A stretch of DNA of 20,000 bases. Source: an uncultured virus (IMG/VR IMGVR_UViG_3300028372_000001) (Duplodnaviria > Heunggongvirae > Uroviricota > Caudoviricetes). The translations under genes were made by a program, and so were the position numbers. Where the stretch lies: IMG/VR virus record IMGVR_UViG_3300028372_000001; one strand, written 5' to 3'. Under the pieces are notes generated by a model. That model did not search any database. It was not told where the DNA came from and saw only the letters and a program-made list of their open reading frames with translations. Shown here piece after piece: positions 12,596-20,000 of the stretch (its first letter is position 1; the number at the start of each line of letters is the position of its first letter).

Positions 12596-14827
12596 TTACT
12601 TGGAATCGTCTCCAGTTGCAAGATAATTCACAAGCTGACCGGGGAACATGTCCCAAATCGGGCTCATAAGAGTACCAAAGAAGATTTGAGCTTCCATAAA
12701 GCCTTCGTGATCACCACGACCCAAGTTCTTCTTGATTTGCTCTAAGCACTCAATTGCGTTGTGCTTAACGCTCTTCTCATTATACCCGTTGTTGTCGTAA
12801 CGTTCAACAGATTTCTTGAGTTCAGTGATACGCTTGTCAATTGACGACATAACTTCACGAGGAACCTTAACTTTGGTGCCAACACGGTCAGCACGTCCAG
12901 TACGCTCATCTTTCTGCTGCTGATCATCTACTGCATCATATGGCTGATCACCACCGAAAACAGTTGCATCAACTGCCGCTTCACCCAAGGACCCGGATTT
13001 AACCTTACTGACTGGTACTTTGATTGATTCTTCTTCCCCTACGTCAACAACACAAAAATCACTCTCAGGTCCCGTTGTATCCGTTCGAACAACCTTACCG
13101 GAGACCATCTTACCTTTATGTGGTACTTTTACCGTGTCGCCTTTTTTATATGATTCATCAACGCGACCAGATTCACCGTCCCACTCACCGACGCCTACAC
13201 GCTTACCGTCTTTTTTAACAAAAGCTTGAGCAATATCTTTATCACCTTCAAACTCTACGGCACCATGCTTCTTCTTGAGTGCAGCCTTCCAAGCAGAATA
13301 TGTCTGCTGACCTTCCATGGTTGTTCCTTCATTCAGACCTTTGAGCTTATCCTTAAGAGCATCAATTTTAGCATTGATATCATCTCGGCGCTTATGACCA
13401 TTAGTCTGTACACGCTTAGCAATTAGCTCATCGATTTCCTTTTCAATTTTTCTTTTATCTTCAGCTTCAGTTACACTGCCTTCATTCAGACCTTTGAGCT
13501 TATCCTTAAGAGCATCAATTTTAGCATTGATATCATCTCGGCGCTTATGACCATTAGTCTGTACACGCTTAGCAATTAGCTCAGCGATTTCCTTTTCAAT
13601 TTTTCTTTTATCTTCAGCTTCAGTTACACTGCCTTCATTTTTAGGAACACAGTTAGGAACTTCTTTGCCGTTCTTCTTCTTTGTTCCAACCATTTCATGA
13701 CTGTCCCAGCATGGGTCTTCACCATCCATTTTCTTCTTAGCTTCAGTAACTTCTTTCTTATCGTTAAGAAGCTTCTTGACTGTGGATGCTTTAACCATAT
13801 CGACCTTGCCATCTTTGGTTGCAGAAATACCAACCATGCTAGCTGGCCCATCAGGGACAACAACAAACATCTCCTTACCACCACAAGTTACTTTGTCACC
13901 TTTCGAGAACACTTTACTCGTATCTTTGGCTTTCATATCATCAGAATTATCAGATTCAGTCATACGGGCGTTGCCCTTGCCAAGCTTGCGGGAAGCCTTA
14001 GATGCTGCACGCTTCTGCTCTTTGGAACCCGGACGACCGTATGAGCCAGCAGCCTTTCGACCGGTAGCTTTGTCTTCCTTTCCTTCCATATCAATGGTGC
14101 CGCCACCAAGATTTACAGGCTTACTGTAAATGTCTGTGCCCATATCACTCATATCGCCCATTTCACCATCGGCGCTATCTGGGTCTTCTGGAGACTCACT
14201 GTCGAGGTAATCGGTAGCGGTGTCAAGATACTCGGCTGCAATTGTAACCTTTGATTGAACCCATGCTGGAAGCTCAGAACCATCATCGATCATAGTGCAT
14301 AGACGCTCGATGTTGTCCTTCATGTTATCCATTTGACGACGAGCCATTTCACCATCTGGGTGCTCATCTCCCATATCATCCATATCATCCATATCGTCCA
14401 TGTCGTCCACAGGCATACGGTCGCCGCCTTTGCTTACTTCCATATCACTATAGCCGTTATTGCGAAGGACAGAAGCCATTGGGCGCATTTCCATCATACC
14501 CTCTAAGCGTAAATCAAGCTTTTCAGCCCCACGCCGAGCATGCAATATAACGGAAGGAACATATTCCTTACTTTCCGTCATTGATCCCGCTTCTTTGTCG
14601 GATAGATACATATCAGTGCGGCGATCATAGTACTTGCCCTCTTTCTTATCGTAGTACACAACTCGGCCATTTTTCATTTTGAATGGACCCTCTAGGCCCT
14701 TTACTGGTCCCTGATGATCCAATGAATCGTCTTCCTCGATTTCATATTTTTCATAAAGACTAGTGATGAAGCCACTTTTTTCAGCGACACCAGATAGTTC
14801 TAGGAGTCTACGTAGGTCTTTGTTCAT
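12596..14827 (-). CDS. Large modular, highly charged protein; putative capsid-internal protein processed by the prohead protease
   Basis: N-terminal LRRLLELSGV; many hydrophobic-x-E-[S/A/G] sites between short modules; late box AATAAATA and GAGG SD upstream. Confidence 0.65.
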   Translation of the reverse strand: MNKDLRRLLELSGVAEKSGFITSLYEKYEIEEDDSLDHQGPVKGLEGPFKMKNGRVVYYDKKEGKYYDRRTDMYLSDKEAGSMTESKEYVPSVILHARRGAEKLDLRLEGMMEMRPMASVLRNNGYSDMEVSKGGDRMPVDDMDDMDDMDDMGDEHPDGEMARRQMDNMKDNIERLCTMIDDGSELPAWVQSKVTIAAEYLDTATDYLDSESPEDPDSADGEMGDMSDMGTDIYSKPVNLGGGTIDMEGKEDKATGRKAAGSYGRPGSKEQKRAASKASRKLGKGNARMTESDNSDDMKAKDTSKVFSKGDKVTCGGKEMFVVVPDGPASMVGISATKDGKVDMVKASTVKKLLNDKKEVTEAKKKMDGEDPCWDSHEMVGTKKKNGKEVPNCVPKNEGSVTEAEDKRKIEKEIAELIAKRVQTNGHKRRDDINAKIDALKDKLKGLNEGSVTEAEDKRKIEKEIDELIAKRVQTNGHKRRDDINAKIDALKDKLKGLNEGTTMEGQQTYSAWKAALKKKHGAVEFEGDKDIAQAFVKKDGKRVGVGEWDGESGRVDESYKKGDTVKVPHKGKMVSGKVVRTDTTGPESDFCVVDVGEEESIKVPVSKVKSGSLGEAAVDATVFGGDQPYDAVDDQQQKDERTGRADRVGTKVKVPREVMSSIDKRITELKKSVERYDNNGYNEKSVKHNAIECLEQIKKNLGRGDHEGFMEAQIFFGTLMSPIWDMFPGQLVNYLATGDDSK
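13326..13639. repeat. 153-bp (51-aa) tandem duplication, two copies
   Basis: Period 153 (ccttcattcagacc at 13326 and 13479). One visible difference: EIAE versus EIDE. Confidence 0.95.
14371..14409. repeat. 9-nt minisatellite encoding (DDM)n
   Basis: ccatatcat ccatatcat ccatatcgt ccatgtcgt cca. Confidence 0.85.
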
Positions 14828-14848
14828 AGCAAAAAATTCCTCTTTATT

Positions 14849-15178
14849 CTATTTATTGGTTGTGCGCCACGGTCCCTGTAAACCGCGAGCTTCATATAGG
14901 TCTTTGACTGCCACCGCAATCAAACCATTGTATTGTTCCCACCGTTCCTTGGTCGAAGGTACTGGCTTAGGAACATTTAATTCACGAAACGCATGATCTA
15001 CAAGCTCTAGCGCGTTTTCCCATTCTGTTTCTAAATCCTTGGCACCAGTATTGATTTCACGCTTCAATGCACTCATTGTATCTTTCGGAAAAGGAGCATC
15101 AGGATCATACTCTTTAAATACGTCCTTATGTTCATCTTCTTTTTTGTTTTCCCGAATAATATCTAGAATTTTACGCAT
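14849..15178 (-). CDS. Hypothetical protein, 109 aa (MRKILDIIRE...)
   Basis: TGATG overlap with the upstream gene puts the start at 15178 rather than 15214. Confidence 0.75.
   Translation of the reverse strand: MRKILDIIRENKKEDEHKDVFKEYDPDAPFPKDTMSALKREINTGAKDLETEWENALELVDHAFRELNVPKPVPSTKERWEQYNGLIAVAVKDLYEARGLQGPWRTTNK
14850..14857 (-). promoter_or_regulatory. Late promoter box AATAAATA
   Basis: About 23 nt upstream of the ATG at 14827, overlapping the upstream stop codon. Confidence 0.65.
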
Positions 15179-15579
15179 CAAAATGTACCCTTGCGCTTTA
15201 GCTCCCAAAGCCAACCACCCTTGACACGCTTACCGTTCTTCATGATGGTATACTTACCTGTTCTTTCAAGCTCTTTAGCCATATCGGCATACATTTTCTT
15301 TTCGAAAGTATTCTGTGCAAATAATCGTGTAGTGGTACGCTTTGTTGATTTGTAACTGTCAAGTGCGGATAGGCCAGCTGATACCGCTATACCTGTAAAG
15401 AACGGGTTGCGCTTTAGAAAATCTTTAAAGTGGCGAACAGGGCTATTACCTTTAGCAGCAAACGAGACAGTTTTCGTTGCTTCATCTAGCAAGAATACAT
15501 ACTTGTCGCCCCAATCATCTTTGATTTCTTTTAGTACCACGTATTCTTCGTCACCGTGGTATTCACTTAGAAAGTTCAT
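15178..15579 (-). CDS. Hypothetical protein, 133 aa
   Basis: ATGA overlap with the o-spanin gene; AAGGA SD; acidic N-terminus and basic C-terminus. Confidence 0.75.
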   Translation of the reverse strand: MNFLSEYHGDEEYVVLKEIKDDWGDKYVFLLDEATKTVSFAAKGNSPVRHFKDFLKRNPFFTGIAVSAGLSALDSYKSTKRTTTRLFAQNTFEKKMYADMAKELERTGKYTIMKNGKRVKGGWLWELKRKGTF

Positions 15580-16088
15580 TCTATATCATAATCCTTTCTT
15601 TTAAGACTTTCGAATTCGGCTTCAAAATTACCAAACTCTTCTTCTCTTTTTTCTTGGAGGCGAATTTCGGCACCATCCAGTTCAACTATAGTAGGAGCAT
15701 TAATCACAATCTTGTTAGCGTTGTCGGCTGTAGGCCCTGCGGAACTTGCCGGTGCAGCCATAGCTTGCCTTTCAAGATCATCGACCTTACGTCGATCTTC
15801 TGCTGCCATTTCTCTATATTTATCAATAACCATCTGTCTTAGGTCAGAACAGTCAGTTGACTGCTCAATAGCAATGCGATAAGCTTTTGCAACTTCCCCG
15901 TCACTCATGGCTGAAATATCGTCTACGGTTACAGTACGAAGCGGCGGGCAATCAGTATTTGGGGGCATTGGTACGTTAGAAACTGGTACCTTTACTTCTT
16001 GATAGAGTGTTTCAGTACGGACTTTACCCGGCCCAAACGAACATCCAGTCACCATCAAAAACATTACCAATATAATTATACGTATCAT
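15576..16088 (-). CDS. Outer-membrane spanin (o-spanin, Rz1-like lipoprotein)
   Basis: Lipoprotein signal MIRIIILVMFLMVTG|C, Pro-rich segment and two further Cys; coupled to the upstream membrane-anchored coiled-coil gene. Confidence 0.75.
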   Translation of the reverse strand: MIRIIILVMFLMVTGCSFGPGKVRTETLYQEVKVPVSNVPMPPNTDCPPLRTVTVDDISAMSDGEVAKAYRIAIEQSTDCSDLRQMVIDKYREMAAEDRRKVDDLERQAMAAPASSAGPTADNANKIVINAPTIVELDGAEIRLQEKREEEFGNFEAEFESLKRKDYDIE

Positions 16089-16501
16089 TTTCTTTCTCCT
16101 AAGCCATCACGGAGCAATTGCATTGCATCTTCACAATTTTTTGGAGTTGGAAGTTTGTCAAGATCAGCAATTCGTCCGCTAGTGGATTCTCGAATCAGGT
16201 CCACATTATCCTGAAGCAAATCAAACATTCGTTCTCGATTATCACGATCTTCCCGAAGGTCTTCGATTCGCATATTGGTTTGCTCAACGGTAGCCTTGCA
16301 TGCCTTGACTTCACCTTGCTCAAATGCAACATCAACCTTTAATGCGGCCTTCTCATTTTCAAGTCTAGCAACGTCATTCTCAAGCCCCCATATTTCAAAC
16401 TTGAGAATGCCTATGTAACCACCAATACCTAGTACCACTGCTAGCGCTATACCAGCAGCCATACTGCTCCCACCAAACAATTTAGCAAGAAATGCAATCA
16501 T
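16085..16501 (-). CDS. Inner-membrane spanin (i-spanin, Rz-like)
   Basis: Single N-terminal hydrophobic helix followed by a long coiled coil with Cys; adjacent to the lipoprotein gene. Confidence 0.75.
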   Translation of the reverse strand: MIAFLAKLFGGSSMAAGIALAVVLGIGGYIGILKFEIWGLENDVARLENEKAALKVDVAFEQGEVKACKATVEQTNMRIEDLREDRDNRERMFDLLQDNVDLIRESTSGRIADLDKLPTPKNCEDAMQLLRDGLGERK

Positions 16502-16710
16502 AATCTACTACTCCTGAGCAATGTTTTCAAACTTTCAATATTATGCTTAGCATTTGACAGCTGAGTTCGTGTGAATGACAGGCGCTTAGTAACGTGGGCT
16601 AGTTTAGTAGATATTTTATTGACAAGGGAAGTAGTAGCCTTTAGGTCTTTCCTAAGCTGCGTGACTTCTTTCTTGAGGGAATCTATTTCCCGTTTAACAT
16701 CTGGTTCCAT
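16498..16710 (-). CDS. Small basic coiled-coil protein
   Basis: Clear heptad Leu/Ile/Val pattern; ATGA overlap with the i-spanin gene. Confidence 0.65.
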   Translation of the reverse strand: MEPDVKREIDSLKKEVTQLRKDLKATTSLVNKISTKLAHVTKRLSFTRTQLSNAKHNIESLKTLLRSSRL

Positions 16711-17297
16711 GCTTTGTTTACCTTTCTATATACGCCTAATGCATATTTAGCATCATCTAGCGCGTTGTGTGCATCACGAGCCTTGTATCCTAATCGCTCA
16801 AACAAGGTATTTGAATCGTATTCTTTAACTGTTCCCATCGAAAGGGCAAATGTATCAAAGTAACGGTGCCCAATCTTGATGTTCTTAAGTCCATACCTAT
16901 GGAGCAAATCCTTAAAGAAAGGAACGTCGAACGACATGATATTATGTCCAAGGAAGTACAACGGCTTCTTAACGTCTATGTGCTTAATGATGAACTCTAG
17001 GATCAAGACAACAGCTTCTTCTTCCTCAACTCCATTTTCTTCCAAATATTCTTTGGTCAACCCATGGACAGCCTGCGCTTTTGCATCCCACTTGGAGTAA
17101 CCATTCCACTTTACTTCGATATACATTTCGTCAATTATCTCGAATGTATCAGCGTCTGCGATTACCAACCCCCATGAAACTGCCTGATAGTTCTTCGCAA
17201 CACTTTCATTACACTGGCTGCGGTTGGCCTCAAAATTAATGCCACTTGTTTCACAATCGATGGCAATAACCTTATCTATTTTTATCCCTGATGCCAT
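16683..17297 (-). CDS. DEDDh 3'-5' exonuclease (DnaQ-like)
   Basis: ExoI IDCETSG, ExoII GHNIMSFD, ExoIII HNALDDA; also VHGLT. Confidence 0.92.
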   Translation of the reverse strand: MASGIKIDKVIAIDCETSGINFEANRSQCNESVAKNYQAVSWGLVIADADTFEIIDEMYIEVKWNGYSKWDAKAQAVHGLTKEYLEENGVEEEEAVVLILEFIIKHIDVKKPLYFLGHNIMSFDVPFFKDLLHRYGLKNIKIGHRYFDTFALSMGTVKEYDSNTLFERLGYKARDAHNALDDAKYALGVYRKVNKAWNQMLNGK

Positions 17298-17875
17298 AAA
17301 CCATCTCCTAGTTCTCTTAAACTTTCATTGAGTACATTCACACGGGCAGTTAAATGTGGGTTGCTGATAGTTACCACCCGAGCAGAAAATTCTTTACTGT
17401 ACCGGTAAATGCACATGTCTGCCAAATTAGCAAAGTGTGGATTGGTAGAACGCACTCCGTCACTCTCAGGAGTGTAAACCCTTCCATTAAGGTAAATCAC
17501 TCGATCAAAGTATTCCAATTGAGCTTCTTTGCATTGGTTGTAATAATCACTTAACCATTCAGAATATTCATTGAATGGGCCGACACTAAGAACGGCATAA
17601 GTAAAGATATCGGCAAATGTTCGCTCCACTAAATGAATGCCGCTACTTTGATTGATTAATCTTAGTGTGCGAATATGATCTTCAATCAATTGATCTTGGA
17701 ATTTGATTTTAAGGGGCATGTAAGCATTTACTTCACCCAAGGTTATATCCCAACGCTTTAACAAATTCCGTGAAGTTTGAACATCATGAGCACTGAAACG
17801 TCTATTATTTTCAGTTGCGGCTTTAATCAGCGTGGACTTACCTTGACCTTGTGATCCAGAAATACCTATAATCAT
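17282..17875 (-). CDS. P-loop nucleotide kinase/ATPase (AAA_28 / dNMP-kinase-like)
   Basis: IGISGSQGQGKST, ERTFAD and DGVR. Confidence 0.8.
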   Translation of the reverse strand: MIIGISGSQGQGKSTLIKAATENNRRFSAHDVQTSRNLLKRWDITLGEVNAYMPLKIKFQDQLIEDHIRTLRLINQSSGIHLVERTFADIFTYAVLSVGPFNEYSEWLSDYYNQCKEAQLEYFDRVIYLNGRVYTPESDGVRSTNPHFANLADMCIYRYSKEFSARVVTISNPHLTARVNVLNESLRELGDGLWHQG

Positions 17876-18219
17876 TCAGTATCTCCTGTATCAAAGTCTT
17901 TAATTTGATCTTCAGCTGACGCTACGGGTTCTTTTTCAACTTCCTTAACATCCACTCCGTTGGTCTTAAGGATATGTTCTAATTGCACCAGACGCTTTAG
18001 TTCATCTTGAAATTTGACTTTGGTCTTGTCAAATTTATTTTTATACAAATTACGCTTTGGTGTAGTTGTTGCCGTATTGAGCTTGTTCTGATGACCATTT
18101 GCCTCCTTGACAAGGATTGCCATGGAGTTTAGAGTAAGCCTATAGGCTCGTTTGAATTGTACTAGGTCTTCTTCTGGAACGGAACCCTGCTTGGATTCTT
18201 CTAATTCATTTTCTGACAT
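17872..18219 (-). CDS. Hypothetical helical protein, 115 aa
   Basis: GGAG SD, sigma70 promoter upstream, ATGA overlap with the kinase gene. Confidence 0.75.
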   Translation of the reverse strand: MSENELEESKQGSVPEEDLVQFKRAYRLTLNSMAILVKEANGHQNKLNTATTTPKRNLYKNKFDKTKVKFQDELKRLVQLEHILKTNGVDVKEVEKEPVASAEDQIKDFDTGDTE

Positions 18220-18246
18220 ATATTACTCCGCTAAATGTAATTGAGG

Positions 18247-18275
18247 ATTATAGCAGAGTATTATGATGAAATCAA
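18247..18275 (-). promoter_or_regulatory. sigma70 promoter with extended -10
   Basis: Minus strand TTGATT-17 nt ending TGC-TATAAT. Confidence 0.8.
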
Positions 18276-18276
18276 G

Positions 18277-19089
18277 TCAGTCAGGTAAACCTGTTACTGT
18301 AATGTACTGAACATTTCCGATGCTATCTATTACCGCTTCTTGATCACCATCTTCGGAAAAATTCTTAGTAGGATCAATATCAGTGCCTGCCAGAATAGAC
18401 TTGCGAATCTCTGCTTCGCTCTTGTAGTCCTTACCTGTATTATATACCCATACTTCAGTGTATGTGTCGTCGGGCTGTTGTTTTTTAGAAACCAAATATG
18501 CACCCTTCACGGCTCGTACAACACCATCATATCGACTTGACCCTGCTCCTGAATCGGGATCAATTTCTTCACCATCATCCAGATCAGACATCTCATCGTC
18601 ATCTTCATCATCAAACATATCATCGTCGTCTTCGCCAAGGCTACGCATAAATTCCCAATCAGCATCACCATCAATGTCGTCGATGTCATCTTCTTGATTA
18701 AATTCACGTTTTCTGTAGCTTCTATCGTTTGTTGACAAATATAGATCGTCATCATCGTCATCAAATTGGCGAGGGTCTAAGAAAGTATCACCATCACTGT
18801 GAGAGCCGCGTGGAATATCATGCGTGTATGGATCAAGGTCTTCTACATCACGAACGATTTTATCAAAAGTGCTACCACTGACACCAGAGTTAGAGCCAGT
18901 TTTTGTACGGGCCGTTTTATCCAGACCCTGTGAAGGCCCACGCTGCCGAACAACGGTATCCATTCCATTTCGGCGTGCGGTGAATGGGTTTGGTTCAGCA
19001 TTGGACTCGAACTCATCATCTGATAGCTCAAATCTCTTATTTTTCAGTAGATCGAATAGTCGTGGTCGTCTCATGTAATTTAATCTCAT
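18277..19089 (-). CDS. Hypothetical late protein with very acidic middle and folded C-terminal domain
   Basis: Poly-Asp tracts; C-terminal GVVRAVKGAYLV...ILAGTDI...GLP; exact TATAAATA upstream. Confidence 0.8.
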   Translation of the reverse strand: MRLNYMRRPRLFDLLKNKRFELSDDEFESNAEPNPFTARRNGMDTVVRQRGPSQGLDKTARTKTGSNSGVSGSTFDKIVRDVEDLDPYTHDIPRGSHSDGDTFLDPRQFDDDDDDLYLSTNDRSYRKREFNQEDDIDDIDGDADWEFMRSLGEDDDDMFDDEDDDEMSDLDDGEEIDPDSGAGSSRYDGVVRAVKGAYLVSKKQQPDDTYTEVWVYNTGKDYKSEAEIRKSILAGTDIDPTKNFSEDGDQEAVIDSIGNVQYITVTGLPD

Positions 19090-19100
19090 GTTCTAACAAG

Positions 19101-19127
19101 TATTTATAACCCCCACGAACATAAATA
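19101..19127. promoter_or_regulatory. Back-to-back late promoters: TATAAATA (-, 19101-19108) and CATAAATA (+, 19120-19127)
   Basis: Both lie in the 63-nt spacer between divergent genes, each facing its gene. Confidence 0.75.
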
Positions 19128-19152
19128 CTCATAATCATTTAAGGGTATTTTA

Positions 19153-20000
19153 ATGAGTAGGATTGTCCCGGTTTACATCGACCTCACTACCGGCAAGTAT
19201 GCCGTGCGCGATACTGAGATTGGAGATGACTTCAGAGCATATGAAGTTATAGTAGACACCGCCTCGGCAGTGTGGTCTATTGCGCATGACAGAAATACCA
19301 AAAGTCTTGTGGTACAGGTATTCCAGAATGGTAAAGAAATTGAAGCCAATAGTATTGATGTTACAAGCCCTAACGTTGTAGAAATTTCGTTCTCAGAACC
19401 AATTACGGGTGTTGCCTATCTATTTGTTTACAATTTAGACAGTTTTGTTCCATCGCCAACACCTACGATCACACCTACGATCACACCAACTCTTACTCAG
19501 ACACCAACGACTACCATCACCCCGAGTGTTACAGGGACACCGGCTGTTACGCCAACACCAACACTTTCGGCTGGTGTTACGCCAACTGTTACACCAACAT
19601 CTACCGTAACAGTGACACCAACGTTGACACCAACGGTTACTGCTAATGCTACTGTGACACCAACGGTTACTGCTACTGTGACACCTACTGTGACACCAAC
19701 GGTTACTGCTACTGTGACGCCAACAGCTACAGCAACAGCAACAGTTACACCAACGGTTACTGCTACAGTGACACCGACAGTGACCGTGACACCGACAGTC
19801 ACAGCGACGCCAGCGACAACAGTTACACCAACGACGACAATTACACCTACTGTGACACCTACTGTGACACCACCGGTTACTGCTACTGTGACGCCAACAG
19901 CTACAGCAACAGCAACAGTTACACCAACGGTTACTGCTACAGTGACACCGACAGTGACCGTGACACCGACAGTCACAGCGACGCCAGCGACAACAGTTAC
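19153..20000 (+). CDS. Putative virion appendage protein: about 95-aa beta domain then a long Thr/Pro/Val/Ala repeat (runs off the window end)
   Basis: Manual translation (not in ORF track): MSRIVPVYIDLTTGKY...WSIAHDRNTKSLVVQVF...VEISFSEPITGVAYL...PSPTPTITPTITPT...TVTPTVTATVTPTATATATVTP..., open to 20000. Confidence 0.88.
   Translation, partial: MSRIVPVYIDLTTGKYAVRDTEIGDDFRAYEVIVDTASAVWSIAHDRNTKSLVVQVFQNGKEIEANSIDVTSPNVVEISFSEPITGVAYLFVYNLDSFVPSPTPTITPTITPTLTQTPTTTITPSVTGTPAVTPTPTLSAGVTPTVTPTSTVTVTPTLTPTVTANATVTPTVTATVTPTVTPTVTATVTPTATATATVTPTVTATVTPTVTVTPTVTATPATTVTPTTTITPTVTPTVTPPVTATVTPTATATATVTPTVTATVTPTVTVTPTVTATPATTV
19673..20000 (+). repeat. 174-bp (58-aa) near-perfect tandem repeat within the Thr-rich tract
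   Basis: Copies start at 19673 and 19847; one visible mismatch (caacggt versus caccggt); second copy cut by the window end. Confidence 0.9.

Noticed and set aside
681..19078. Many overlapping antisense or alternate-frame ORFs (e.g. 6102-6785, 5707-6216, 3909-4319, 13697-14129)
   Set aside because: They overlap well-supported genes and show no recognisable motifs.
19497..19976. 159-aa minus-strand Val/Thr/Gly ORF
   Set aside because: Antisense shadow of the Thr/Pro repeat in the plus-strand gene starting at 19153, which has a promoter box and a non-repetitive N-terminal domain.
1..20000. Stop-codon reassignment
   Set aside because: Recognisable enzymes are full length in the standard code, and genes end in TAA, TAG and TGA with tight packing.

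Overview
The window is densely coding DNA from a large, T4-like (probably jumbo) dsDNA phage. The host is probably Gram-negative, given an i-/o-spanin pair and sigma70-consensus promoters. Standard genetic code; no tRNA, rRNA or CRISPR seen. The left part (1-8.7 kb) is nucleotide and cofactor metabolism: DHFR (partial, absent from the ORF track), PhoH, a Cys-less rhodanese, HAD nucleotidase, MazG-like pyrophosphohydrolase, HNH nuclease, P-loop kinase, dCMP deaminase, and a two-gene NAD+ salvage operon (NMNAT-Nudix fusion plus NAMPT). The right part holds late/virion genes behind recurring (N)TAAATA late-promoter boxes, a 743-aa modular head-cargo-like protein, spanins, a DEDDh exonuclease, a P-loop kinase and a Thr/Pro/Val-repeat protein running off the end. 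Four observations stand out. (1) In the NAD operon NAMPT looks intact, but both catalytic signatures of the NMNAT-Nudix fusion are degenerate, and both genes carry the same 18-nt bulged hairpin with the Shine-Dalgarno in its loop directly before the start codon. This is a candidate pseudoenzyme/RNA-operator regulatory circuit. (2) The altered HxGH motif lies inside a perfect 26-bp palindrome. (3) The 743-aa protein looks like a string of modules separated by prohead-protease-type x-x-E sites. (4) A microhomology-bounded intergenic duplication creates a chimeric 10-codon minigene and a second late promoter. All calls come from reading motifs by eye; no database searches were run.
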